Source of the DNA: an uncultured Burkholderiales bacterium
GTDB taxonomy: Bacteria; Pseudomonadota; Gammaproteobacteria; Burkholderiales; Eutrophovitaceae
Direction of reading: 5' to 3'
DNA: 41,246 bases
Assembly (NCBI GenBank): GCA_965661885.1
Contig: CBFIFN010000003.1
Location: forward strand, 1-41,246
The translations under genes and the position numbers were made by a program. Shown here in pieces: positions 20,044 through 28,526 of the stretch. Position 1 is the first letter of the stretch. Each line of letters opens with the position of its first letter. Below the pieces are notes generated by a model. The model made no database searches, was not told the DNA's origin, and saw only the letters and a list, made by a program, of their open reading frames with translations.

Positions 20044-21054
20044 TCAATCGTTAGACTTTACATCCAACATGATTTTTCCGATGTGCTGGCTTGACTCCAT
20101 CAATGAGTGAGCTTCAGCTGCCTGTTCGAGTGGGAAGGATTTGAAAATTAGTGGTTTGATTGTTTTTGCTTCAAGAAGTGGCCACACTTTTGCTTTGAGT
20201 GAGTGGGCAATGTTTGCTTTAAATGAAGCAGATCGAGGTCTTAATGTTGATCCAGTTACTGTTAATCTTCTTCGAAGAACATCGGTCATATTGAAGTTTG
20301 TTTTTACACCGCCTAAAAAAGCGATAATCACCAGCCGACCATCGTCTGATAGGCAATTTAAGTTACGCTGTAAATAATCACCCGCGACCATATCGAGAAT
20401 CACATCAACACCTTTTCCGTCAGTGAGTGACAGTATCCGCTGTTCGAAATCCTCAGTTTTATAATTAATGGCATTTTTTGCACCAATTGCTTCGCAAGCG
20501 CGACATTTTTCACTAGAACCGGCCGTTACGTAGACTTCGTGCCCAAGAGCCCGACATAACTGAATAGCAGTGGTTCCTATCCCGCTTGACCCACCGTGCA
20601 CAAGGATCGTTTCTTGACCTTTTAACTTCGCCCGATCAAACACGTTGGACCAGACGGTAAAGTAGGTTTCTGGGAGAGCGGCAGCCTCACGGAGATCAAG
20701 GCCCGTCGGTATATTCAAGCATTGCGACGCAGGCGCGGCAACATATTCTGCGTAACCACCCCCAGCGACGAGTGCACACACAGCATCTCCAATTTCCCAA
20801 TCAGAAACTTTCTCTCCGAGTGCAACAACAATGCCAGAGACTTCCAAGCCAGGAATATCAGTGGCTCCGGGTGGCGGTGGATAAAGGCCGGCACGCTGCA
20901 TAACATCTGGACGGTTAACTCCGGCGTTGGCGACTTGAATGAGAACTTCATGTTCGGTTATTGAAGGTAAGGGACGTTCCGTGATCTTTAAAACATCAGG
21001 TTTGCCTGGCTCGGTCACTTCATCAGCTTGCATGTTTTCCGGTAAGTTGTGCAT
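20044..21054 (-). CDS. NAD(P)H-quinone oxidoreductase, PIG3 family (MDR)
   Basis: AGVNRPDVMQRAGLYPPPPGA, PGLEVSG, GGGYAEY, HGGSSGIGT, GSTLRPR and HIGKI. Confidence 0.92.
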   Translation of the reverse strand: MHNLPENMQADEVTEPGKPDVLKITERPLPSITEHEVLIQVANAGVNRPDVMQRAGLYPPPPGATDIPGLEVSGIVVALGEKVSDWEIGDAVCALVAGGGYAEYVAAPASQCLNIPTGLDLREAAALPETYFTVWSNVFDRAKLKGQETILVHGGSSGIGTTAIQLCRALGHEVYVTAGSSEKCRACEAIGAKNAINYKTEDFEQRILSLTDGKGVDVILDMVAGDYLQRNLNCLSDDGRLVIIAFLGGVKTNFNMTDVLRRRLTVTGSTLRPRSASFKANIAHSLKAKVWPLLEAKTIKPLIFKSFPLEQAAEAHSLMESSQHIGKIMLDVKSND

Positions 21055-21166
21055 TATTAGTCCTATCTACTTTGCATAGTGCATGATGATTTCTATTCGA
21101 GTTTACAGATTAGAAATAATTTAAGCTTTGTTTCCACATACAAATTAACACAGGGGGACCATACCA

Positions 21167-22174
21167 ATGGATTATTGTTCGCTAGGTGCCAGTCAGCTCA
21201 AAGTTTCTAAATTATGTTTAGGTACCATGATGTTTGGCGCCCAAACCAATAAGTCTGTCTCTCGACAGATAATAAACTCAGCAAAAGATAATGGCGTAAA
21301 TTTTATTGATACGGCTGATGTATATGTTAAGGGTGAATCGGAGCGTGTTGTTGGTGAACTTATAAAGCCATCTCGAGACTGGTGGATCCTGGCAACAAAG
21401 GCTGGTCAACCGTTCGAAGATTTACCAAATCATGGAGGGCTGTCCAGGAAATGGTTATGCCAATCAATAGAGAAAAGTCTATCAAGATTAAATACGGATT
21501 ATATTGATATTTTTTATTTGCACCGAGACTATGAGCCGGAGTCTCTGGTTGAGGCAGTCACCACAATGGGAGATATGATCCAAGCAGGCAAAATTCGGTA
21601 TTTCGGAGTATCCAACTTTAGGGGATGGAGGATAGCCGAGGTTTTAATGTTGTGTAAAGAGTTTGGTGTGCCGCCGCCTATTGTATGTCAACCTTATTAC
21701 AACGCTGTTAACCGAATGCCTGAAGTGGAAATTTTACCGGTATGCAAGCAATTTGGCTTAGGTGTTGTTCCTTTTAGTCCGATCGCAAGAGGAGTTTTGA
21801 CGGGAAAATATGAGGTCGGACAGATCCCAAGTGAGAATAGCCGCGCGGGCAGGAAGGACAAACGCATGATGGAGACTGAGTTTCGTGATGAGTCCATTAC
21901 TCTCGCGAAACAATTCGTTCAATACGCCAATGATAAAGGCGTTTCGCCCGGCCAGTTTGCAGTTGCCTGGGTCCTAGCTAACCCCATCGTCAATAGTGTG
22001 ATCGGTGGCCCGAGAACACTCGAGCAGTGGGAAGACTATTACGGGGCTTTAAAAATCCAATTAAGTAGAGACGATGAACAGTTTGTAAATGAGCTAGTCG
22101 CACCAGGTCATCCGTCGACACCGGGGTATACGGATCCGGCTTTTCCAGTTACGGGGAGACCCGATCAAGTTTAA
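21167..22174 (+). CDS. Aldo/keto reductase
   Basis: LCLGTMMFG, FIDTADVY, ILATK, DYIDIFYLH, GKIRYFGVSNF and PFSPIARGVLTGKY. Confidence 0.93.
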   Translation: MDYCSLGASQLKVSKLCLGTMMFGAQTNKSVSRQIINSAKDNGVNFIDTADVYVKGESERVVGELIKPSRDWWILATKAGQPFEDLPNHGGLSRKWLCQSIEKSLSRLNTDYIDIFYLHRDYEPESLVEAVTTMGDMIQAGKIRYFGVSNFRGWRIAEVLMLCKEFGVPPPIVCQPYYNAVNRMPEVEILPVCKQFGLGVVPFSPIARGVLTGKYEVGQIPSENSRAGRKDKRMMETEFRDESITLAKQFVQYANDKGVSPGQFAVAWVLANPIVNSVIGGPRTLEQWEDYYGALKIQLSRDDEQFVNELVAPGHPSTPGYTDPAFPVTGRPDQV

Positions 22175-22232
22175 TCGCTAGCTCAATATGAGACATTGTT
22201 GACTTAATTTCCATCTTATGGCCTCAGTTTTT

Positions 22233-23456
22233 TTAACCAAATACTGGGAACTGATTAAACCGGTGTCTTAGAACTTGCTCATGTGTTTTTAGGCCTAACC
22301 AACCGCTTATGGCAGTAGCATAGACCCGTCTAAAATCAGTTGTGTGGAACATATTTCCGTCATGGAGATCCGTAAGGCTGGGTATGTCGCCATAATGTCC
22401 CCCTTGAACTGCACGACCAATTAGATACATGTTATTTGCGGTTCCGTGATCTGTCCCCTGATTTGTATTTTCAGCCACACGCCTTCCAAACTCAGAAAAT
22501 ACCAACATCACAACATCATCCGCACGCCCGATTCGGTCCATGTCCATAAAAAAACCAGATACGGCGTCCGAGAAGTAAGTTAACAATCTTTGATGTAAGT
22601 TGGGCTGCTGAACGTGAGTGTCAAACGCATTTCGCCTGAACGACGTGTAAAAAAGGCGCGTATTCATATCGGCATTAATCAGCGCCGCAATTTTATTGAG
22701 GTCCAGGGGCGCTATCCCATAATCAACGGGTGTTTTGTAGTTACCACAGGCGGTCCGCACTTTTTCAGATGCTTGACGTGCGCTTTTCGCTAGTCCCAAT
22801 AGTCGTCTTTTGGCCTGAGAGCTTGTGTCGCTCGCTATGCGGTCCACATCTAGCAACGGTCTGGATTTAAATAACCCTTTTCTGCCGAATTCCTCGGGGT
22901 CATCGAAGACAACTGGGACATGGTTTTTCGCTACAACAGCTAAAGATTGCGTGGCATCTACGTTTACAAGGTAATTGGGGTCGATACCGGGGTTCATTGC
23001 ATCAGCGAGCTTTCCCATCCAACCCAAGGACTCTCCACTGTTCGGAGCCGCCGTTTGCCAATAAGCCATGGAAGTGAAGTGTGAATAAGATGGTTGGTCG
23101 TAACCGCATCCATGGAAAACGGCCATATGTCCGTCCTTGTAAAGCTTTTCCATCCCCGACATGTCAGGATTGAAACCAAAGTGGTCATCTATTTTTCTTA
23201 ATTTATTTGGTTTTATTCCTAGTGTCGGCCTATTTTTGTAATAGGCATCGTTGCCGTAAGGAACTAATGTATTTAACCCGTCGTTACCTCCCGAGAGTTC
23301 CAGCACGACGAGGATTTTATTGCTTAGCGGGCGGTCACCAGCAAACGCTAGAGGGGACATTTGAGAAAATATAGACTGGGGAAGGCCACTTGTTGCTGCA
23401 CCAACGCCCATAAGTTTTAAAAAATCTCTTCGATTTAAATGATGTGGTTTACGCAT
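22233..23456 (-). CDS. DUF1501-family protein, Tat-exported
   Basis: Twin-arginine NRRDFLK, LVVLELSGGNDGLNT, SHF, FDTH, FSEFGRR..EN...GTDHG and DFRRVYAT. Confidence 0.9.
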   Translation of the reverse strand: MRKPHHLNRRDFLKLMGVGAATSGLPQSIFSQMSPLAFAGDRPLSNKILVVLELSGGNDGLNTLVPYGNDAYYKNRPTLGIKPNKLRKIDDHFGFNPDMSGMEKLYKDGHMAVFHGCGYDQPSYSHFTSMAYWQTAAPNSGESLGWMGKLADAMNPGIDPNYLVNVDATQSLAVVAKNHVPVVFDDPEEFGRKGLFKSRPLLDVDRIASDTSSQAKRRLLGLAKSARQASEKVRTACGNYKTPVDYGIAPLDLNKIAALINADMNTRLFYTSFRRNAFDTHVQQPNLHQRLLTYFSDAVSGFFMDMDRIGRADDVVMLVFSEFGRRVAENTNQGTDHGTANNMYLIGRAVQGGHYGDIPSLTDLHDGNMFHTTDFRRVYATAISGWLGLKTHEQVLRHRFNQFPVFG

Positions 23457-23470
23457 ATAAATTCTTTGCC

Positions 23471-25282
23471 TTACCCAAGTTGATACTCTGGAAGGGATAA
23501 AAGCAGATGGAGGGTTTCCCTCAGCGCTTCCTCCGAGAATGTTTTTGCTGCCTCAAGGTCATTCGTGCCAAGTTGTCTCGTGAGAAAGCTAGTTATTTCT
23601 TGCTGCGTTTTTTTATCGATCGAAACTGAGAAAAATCTTTTGATGAGATATTCAACTGCTTCATTGGTCGATTGACACCGGGCCTCGATTAAAATCTTAG
23701 TTAGATCTAACGGTGCCGGCGATCTGACAATCGGCTTAACTTTTTCTATGGCTTTTCTCCAACCTCGATAACTGCCAAGGCGTGTATTAAATTCCTCATC
23801 GCGGTCAACCATATCGTTCGACGCGGAGGTTGCGTAGCTGTCTTCCGGTTGCGTTGCTGTGGCAATGTCGGCCCCAGCCGCCAGTCTCTCCGCAACGATT
23901 CCTATTTGATAGTTTTCTGGATATCGGTCGCTTGGTATAAAGTTGATATCTGGATAGACGGTGTCATAAACAAAGTTACCTCTGGCTAAAAGTAGACCGG
24001 GTGTTAACCAGCTTTTCCCGCCAGCCCAGCCAGCAACCGTCGGTGGAAACAGTAACGTTTGTCCTAGTGATTGTGTTGTGTCGTGGAAATCCGGTACCCC
24101 GGGTAACACATCAAGTCCTAATTTCTTGTAAGTGGAAACTACCAAATCGGTGGGCGACTTGATATGAGTCCCCATCGATGCGGAACTGTAAAAATCTTGT
24201 GACAGGAAAATTTTTTCCAACAAGGGAGTAATTTCATATCCAGAGTTGTAGAAGAAGGTAGCCAGTTCTTTTTGAAGCGCTGGATCAATATTCTCGCGGA
24301 CAAAGAATTTATAGATTTTTCCAGAGATATATTCTGCTGTGACCGGCTTCTCCAAAATCATATCAATGATGTCTAGTCCATCCCAATTGCCGGTTTTATT
24401 CAGAAACGTCTTTTGAGATGAATCGTGTTGGTCAGCATTCAAAACGAACTTGAGATCCGTATGATTCCACCCCGTAAAAGCTCGTGCGCCCTCACGAATG
24501 TCTTGCTCTGTGTAGTTTCCTACTCCCATCGTGAAGAGTTCCATTATTTCTCTAGCGAAGTTCTCGTTTGGTGACCCCTTTACGTTGACGCCTGCGTCCA
24601 GAAAATCCAACATGGCCGGGTCCTGCGAGACTTGTGTCAGCAACTCTTTGAAATTGCCGGTCCCGTACTCTCGAAAAACCGCATTTTGTTGAAGTAGTTT
24701 ACGGTAGTCCCTGACTTTTTCTTCGTTAGTGGCGAAGTGTCCATGCCAAAAAAGAGCCATTTTTTCTTCTAGCGGTCGCTTGCTAATAAGCATACGGTTG
24801 GCCCACCAGTGAGCGACTCGTCGTGTTTCCAGCATGCTCGCTCTTAACCAATAAAAAAAACGATCAACGACCGGTTGGAGTCGGCGGTTACCGCTGGGCT
24901 TTACTCGAACTCCAATCGCCTCTCCGGTTTCTTTTGCTAGTTTGGTCGCCGCAGGTCTGGACGAGGGAAATGGTTCGATACCAGAGTCGAATATTCCCGA
25001 ATGGTCAAAGTCATCCAAATGTTTGGGAATACTCTGAAAATACACAAGCTCTCGAACGGAAGCTCGCGGACCCATCAGTACGAAGCGCTCAATATTTTTG
25101 GGCTTTTCGCCGAATCCAACTCGATCAATTAAATGACGGGCCTTAGCATAGTCCCAGTCGTTCTCAGAGATCGGCGTTAACTTGTTTGTCCAAGTGTCAG
25201 TGGATTGAGCTAGAAGCGGTGTAATCAAGGATGCAAAAAGCAGACTGTGGATCGTAAGTTTTTTGATAAAGTCTGTATTCAT
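23471..25282 (-). CDS. DUF1800-family protein
   Basis: LEEKMALFWHGHFAT, DPAMLDFLD, PNENFAREIMELFTMG, AFTGW, PPTVAGW and C-terminal PEYQL. ATG 25282 gives a signal peptide; an upstream ATG at 25342 is also possible. Confidence 0.9.
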   Translation of the reverse strand: MNTDFIKKLTIHSLLFASLITPLLAQSTDTWTNKLTPISENDWDYAKARHLIDRVGFGEKPKNIERFVLMGPRASVRELVYFQSIPKHLDDFDHSGIFDSGIEPFPSSRPAATKLAKETGEAIGVRVKPSGNRRLQPVVDRFFYWLRASMLETRRVAHWWANRMLISKRPLEEKMALFWHGHFATNEEKVRDYRKLLQQNAVFREYGTGNFKELLTQVSQDPAMLDFLDAGVNVKGSPNENFAREIMELFTMGVGNYTEQDIREGARAFTGWNHTDLKFVLNADQHDSSQKTFLNKTGNWDGLDIIDMILEKPVTAEYISGKIYKFFVRENIDPALQKELATFFYNSGYEITPLLEKIFLSQDFYSSASMGTHIKSPTDLVVSTYKKLGLDVLPGVPDFHDTTQSLGQTLLFPPTVAGWAGGKSWLTPGLLLARGNFVYDTVYPDINFIPSDRYPENYQIGIVAERLAAGADIATATQPEDSYATSASNDMVDRDEEFNTRLGSYRGWRKAIEKVKPIVRSPAPLDLTKILIEARCQSTNEAVEYLIKRFFSVSIDKKTQQEITSFLTRQLGTNDLEAAKTFSEEALRETLHLLLSLPEYQLG

Positions 25283-25402
25283 GAATTCATAAAAGAGGGT
25301 CTGAGAAAGAAGGTATAAAAAAGATTTTGCTGTAAGACTCATTTTTTACACTTAAATTTTATTATCACCGGGCCTTAAGACATATCAGTAATTTCATGAA
25401 AA

Positions 25403-25837
25403 TTAGGTTGAAATTTGGGTGAGTGCGTTCAGCATCGATTTTGAGAGCAAGGCGGGACGTCGAGTATTCCGGTCCACGTAAACGTGAGTAAATGTACCTT
25501 GGGCCGACGCGAGCTTGTCTGTCTCTCGAAACAATCCAACGCCATAATTAACCGATGTATTCCCAATTTTATTCACTCTCACTCCGCTTGTGACCACTTC
25601 AGGAAATGTTATTGGAGAAAAATACTGACATTGGGTCTCAACAACCAGTCCAATTATCGACGCATTTTCAATATTCAGCAAACCTTGTTCTATTAAGAAC
25701 TGATTTACCGCCGTGTCGAAAAATGAGTAATAAATGACATTATTCACGTGTTGGTAGACGTCATTATCCATCCAGCGAGTAGGAATTGTTTGAAAATGAA
25801 AGAAGTCTTCCCGGCAGCTAGGATTAGTTTTTGGCAT
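25403..25837 (-). CDS. Acyl-CoA thioesterase (4HBT/YbgC-like hotdog fold)
   Basis: TRWMDNDVYQHVNNVIYYSFFDTAVN, IGNTSV.Y and FTHVYVDR. Confidence 0.9.
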   Translation of the reverse strand: MPKTNPSCREDFFHFQTIPTRWMDNDVYQHVNNVIYYSFFDTAVNQFLIEQGLLNIENASIIGLVVETQCQYFSPITFPEVVTSGVRVNKIGNTSVNYGVGLFRETDKLASAQGTFTHVYVDRNTRRPALLSKSMLNALTQIST

Positions 25838-26082
25838 AAATTATCATCAATTATTAGTTGGTTGTGGCAGATTTTTTCGACCAGAATTGGCTGTGGCCCG
25901 TAAATGTATCGCTTGATCTTACCAATTCGTAGCTCACAACAGTAAAACACGAGGCTCAGCAGGGTGAAATGTCGGGTATTTTTTATAAAAATCATTCATT
26001 TACTATGTTATCATCCGCTTGCTGCGGTCTCAGTAATAGAGCCCAAAAATATTTTAATACTCACCTTCAATAGGAAGATTAC

Positions 26083-26868
26083 ATGACATTTTTATTCAAA
26101 CTCACCAAGTCTGTTCTTGTCGGATTTGCTGCTCTGACATTAGTTGCGTGCCAAACAACTAACAAGAGCGCCGAGACCGTGGAGGAATTTTCGGATAACT
26201 TTGAATACATTGAAGCTGCGGCTCAGGCTGAGCAAGAGCAGCTTCAGCAGGAGCTGGAGCAAGCCCAGAGTGATCAAGAAAAGCTTCAATCAGAAGCTGA
26301 GCAACTTCAGGCTGAGGCAGATAAAGCTCGCGAAGCGCAAGCTTTGGCTGAGGAGAGAGCTCTTGCTGAAGAGCAAGCCAGAGCAGCGGCTGAAGAAAGA
26401 GCTTTGAAAGAAGCTGCGGCCAGAGCCAAAGCGCAAGCCGAGGCCGATGCTTTGAAAGCTGAGGCCGATGCTTTGAAAGCTGAGGCAGAAGCGGCTTCAT
26501 CCGGGGAGGCTGGCGTGGTGAACGATGTCGTGCCTCAGGGAAAGCCAACTGATTCGGTTTATTTTGATTTTGATAAGAGTTTTATAGTCCCTAAATTTGA
26601 TGATGTGATCACTTCGCACGCTGAGTACTTGCGTGCCAATCCCGATCTGAATGTTGAGATACAAGGAAATTGTGATGAGCGGGGTAGTCGAGAATACAAT
26701 ATCGGTCTCGGCAACAGACGTGCTTTGGCGGTGAAGGCTGCGCTCGAAATACTTGGGATCGAAGGTGGACGTATCACAATTACTAGCTTTGGTTCAGAGA
26801 AGCCGGTAGCAATGGGGCATGATGAGTCCAGTTGGCAGCAAAATCGTCGCGCTGATTTTGCATACTAG
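26083..26868 (+). CDS. Pal/OmpA-C peptidoglycan-binding lipoprotein with a long Ala/Glu/Gln helical insert
   Basis: Lipobox LVAC (Cys23). C-terminal Pal domain motifs VYFDFDKS, QGNCDERGSREYNIGLGNRRA, SFGSEKP and QNRRA. Residues ~41-138 are A/E/Q/K-rich with no Pro or Gly. Confidence 0.88.
   Translation: MTFLFKLTKSVLVGFAALTLVACQTTNKSAETVEEFSDNFEYIEAAAQAEQEQLQQELEQAQSDQEKLQSEAEQLQAEADKAREAQALAEERALAEEQARAAAEERALKEAAARAKAQAEADALKAEADALKAEAEAASSGEAGVVNDVVPQGKPTDSVYFDFDKSFIVPKFDDVITSHAEYLRANPDLNVEIQGNCDERGSREYNIGLGNRRALAVKAALEILGIEGGRITITSFGSEKPVAMGHDESSWQQNRRADFAY
26440..26486 (+). repeat. Perfect 21-bp tandem repeat (2.2 copies) encoding the heptad EADALKA
   Basis: GAGGCCGATGCTTTGAAAGCT at 26440-26460 and 26461-26481, followed by GAGGC. 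Confidence 0.95.
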
Positions 26869-26889
26869 ACCCAGTTTTTTGGGTAGGTG

Positions 26890-26915
26890 AAAAGGGGCGT
26901 TTTTCGCCCCTTTTT
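26890..26915 (+). terminator. Rho-independent terminator after the Pal-like gene (potentially bidirectional)
   Basis: AAAAGGGGCG-TTTTT-CGCCCCTTTTT, preceded by a small ACCCA/TGGGT hairpin at 26869-26884. Confidence 0.85.
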
Positions 26916-26954
26916 GTTTGAGAAAACTTTTTCGATAGGGTACATTTGGTAGTC

Positions 26955-28316
26955 ATGAAAAGAGCCATATTGACGGTGCTTCTAGTTTGTTTGGGCGCTA
27001 CGATAGTGTTTGCTCAAAATAGGCCGGGTGCCCCTATTGAGACCGCTAAAAAAATTAGAGATGCTCGTCCAAGCTTCAAGGAGTTAGTGAATGAAGTGGA
27101 TCGTCTCAAGCAGGATCTTTTAAAGATAGAAATCGCGATCACCGAAGCTAAAAACAGCATCACTGAAAACAATAATGGACGGTTGCAAGATCGGAACGAA
27201 GATCAGCAAGGAATCATAGAGCTTTTGGGGGATATTAGCCAAATTCGAGTGGATTTGGTCTCCCACACCGGTTCCTTGCAGTATTTAGAAGGGGAACAAA
27301 GCCAGTTCAAGGTGCTTCAAATAGAGGCCAGAAACTTGCTCGAGGCACTCCAAAATGAATTCGAGACCAGAGGTAAAAAATTACTTGATTTAAAGCGTCA
27401 GTTGGACGTTGCGGATGACGGCTTGACAGACCTCGGAACTATCATCGAAGATTCTGACACGTTAACCGAGAAGCAGATCGTTAAACTCAGTGGCCGGCTT
27501 GATGTGCTTTCAGGCAATATTAAAGATCTGCGGTCGCAATATGTCGAGAAGATGGTGTTTGAAGCAAGAGAAAAAGAGTTGCTCATTCGAATAAATAACC
27601 TTAAAGCGAATAGCCAAGCTTCAAAAGAGCGCATGAAGCTCGCTGAGGCACGTATCCTGGTGCTGGAGCAGCAGATCGTTGAAAACTCGGGACAACTAGA
27701 AAGGTTGAACAGCGCCTCAGCGGTTAATGCAACTCAAATCGTAAGAATCGACGGTCAACTGTTGGAGCTTGATCGTGTCTCCAATGAAGTTGAGCTACTT
27801 ACGCAAGAACGGTTTGCGCTGAGTCAAAAGCTAGAGGCCCTTTCTTATTTACCTCAACGGTTAGATGAAATTTCATCTGGTATCAATGCAGTAGAAATGG
27901 AATTAATTCGCTTGGACGGGGATTTGAAGGATTATGGCGATGTCTCAGAGCTAAATTCTGAAGATTTGAAACTACTCATTAAACGTCTGGCTGAAACGCG
28001 CGTTGCCCAAATATCAAAGGTGGGTACGGATGAGTTGACATCGATTTTGAAACGGATAGACGAATTGGAAATTATTCAACCAGATCTTGCGGACCAACAA
28101 GCCTTGAGAGGTCGTGTTGATGAGCTGTATCGCCGACAAACACTGATCACTGAGGAGATGAATCGAGTGAATTTAATGGAGGAAAAATTGATCTTGCTGG
28201 AGACGAGGATCAATGAACGCATGTTTTTGGGACCTGACGGGGACGAGCGAAGCGAAGAGCAGCGGGAACAAAAGCAGCAGAAACAAGAGGGTGTTTCTGG
28301 CTCCAACTATCAATAG
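26955..28316 (+). CDS. Secreted long coiled-coil hypothetical protein
   Basis: Signal peptide MKRAILTVLLVCLGATIVFA. The remainder is L/I/E/Q/R-rich with heptad periodicity; no catalytic domain recognised. Confidence 0.8.
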   Translation: MKRAILTVLLVCLGATIVFAQNRPGAPIETAKKIRDARPSFKELVNEVDRLKQDLLKIEIAITEAKNSITENNNGRLQDRNEDQQGIIELLGDISQIRVDLVSHTGSLQYLEGEQSQFKVLQIEARNLLEALQNEFETRGKKLLDLKRQLDVADDGLTDLGTIIEDSDTLTEKQIVKLSGRLDVLSGNIKDLRSQYVEKMVFEAREKELLIRINNLKANSQASKERMKLAEARILVLEQQIVENSGQLERLNSASAVNATQIVRIDGQLLELDRVSNEVELLTQERFALSQKLEALSYLPQRLDEISSGINAVEMELIRLDGDLKDYGDVSELNSEDLKLLIKRLAETRVAQISKVGTDELTSILKRIDELEIIQPDLADQQALRGRVDELYRRQTLITEEMNRVNLMEEKLILLETRINERMFLGPDGDERSEEQREQKQQKQEGVSGSNYQ

Positions 28317-28526
28317 CTACTGGTACCAGATGAAATCCAAAGAAGTTCTTGTTACGTTTTTATGTGTTTCCGGGAGCGTATCTTGGTCGCTAGTTATTTC
28401 CGCCAATTCTGAATCAGGTATGTCTTACCGAATTAATTTCTGAACTTTTGATATCGTTTATAACTCGATTTTGTTGTGTAAAGTTTTACGAAAAAAACCA
28501 ACTGCTGTGATTTCCGGTGCCACTAT

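Noticed and set aside
25930-25937. TAGCTCAC, the reverse complement of the putative WYL half-site, upstream of the Pal-like gene
   Set aside because: A single 8-mer is expected about once by chance in 41 kb over both strands, and it has no partner half-site.
26159-26548. Antisense ORF with a PQLSKHR repeat
   Set aside because: It is a shadow of the repetitive Pal spacer and its 21-bp repeat, with no independent coding evidence.
26955-28316. Calling the coiled-coil protein CpoB, SMC or EnvC
   Set aside because: It has no TPR repeats, Walker motifs or M23 peptidase domain; only generic coiled-coil character.
28330-28443. 37-aa hydrophobic small ORF (MKSKEVLVTFLCVSG...) between the coiled-coil gene and dsbD
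   Set aside because: No SD and no recognisable family; it cannot be distinguished from a chance ORF.
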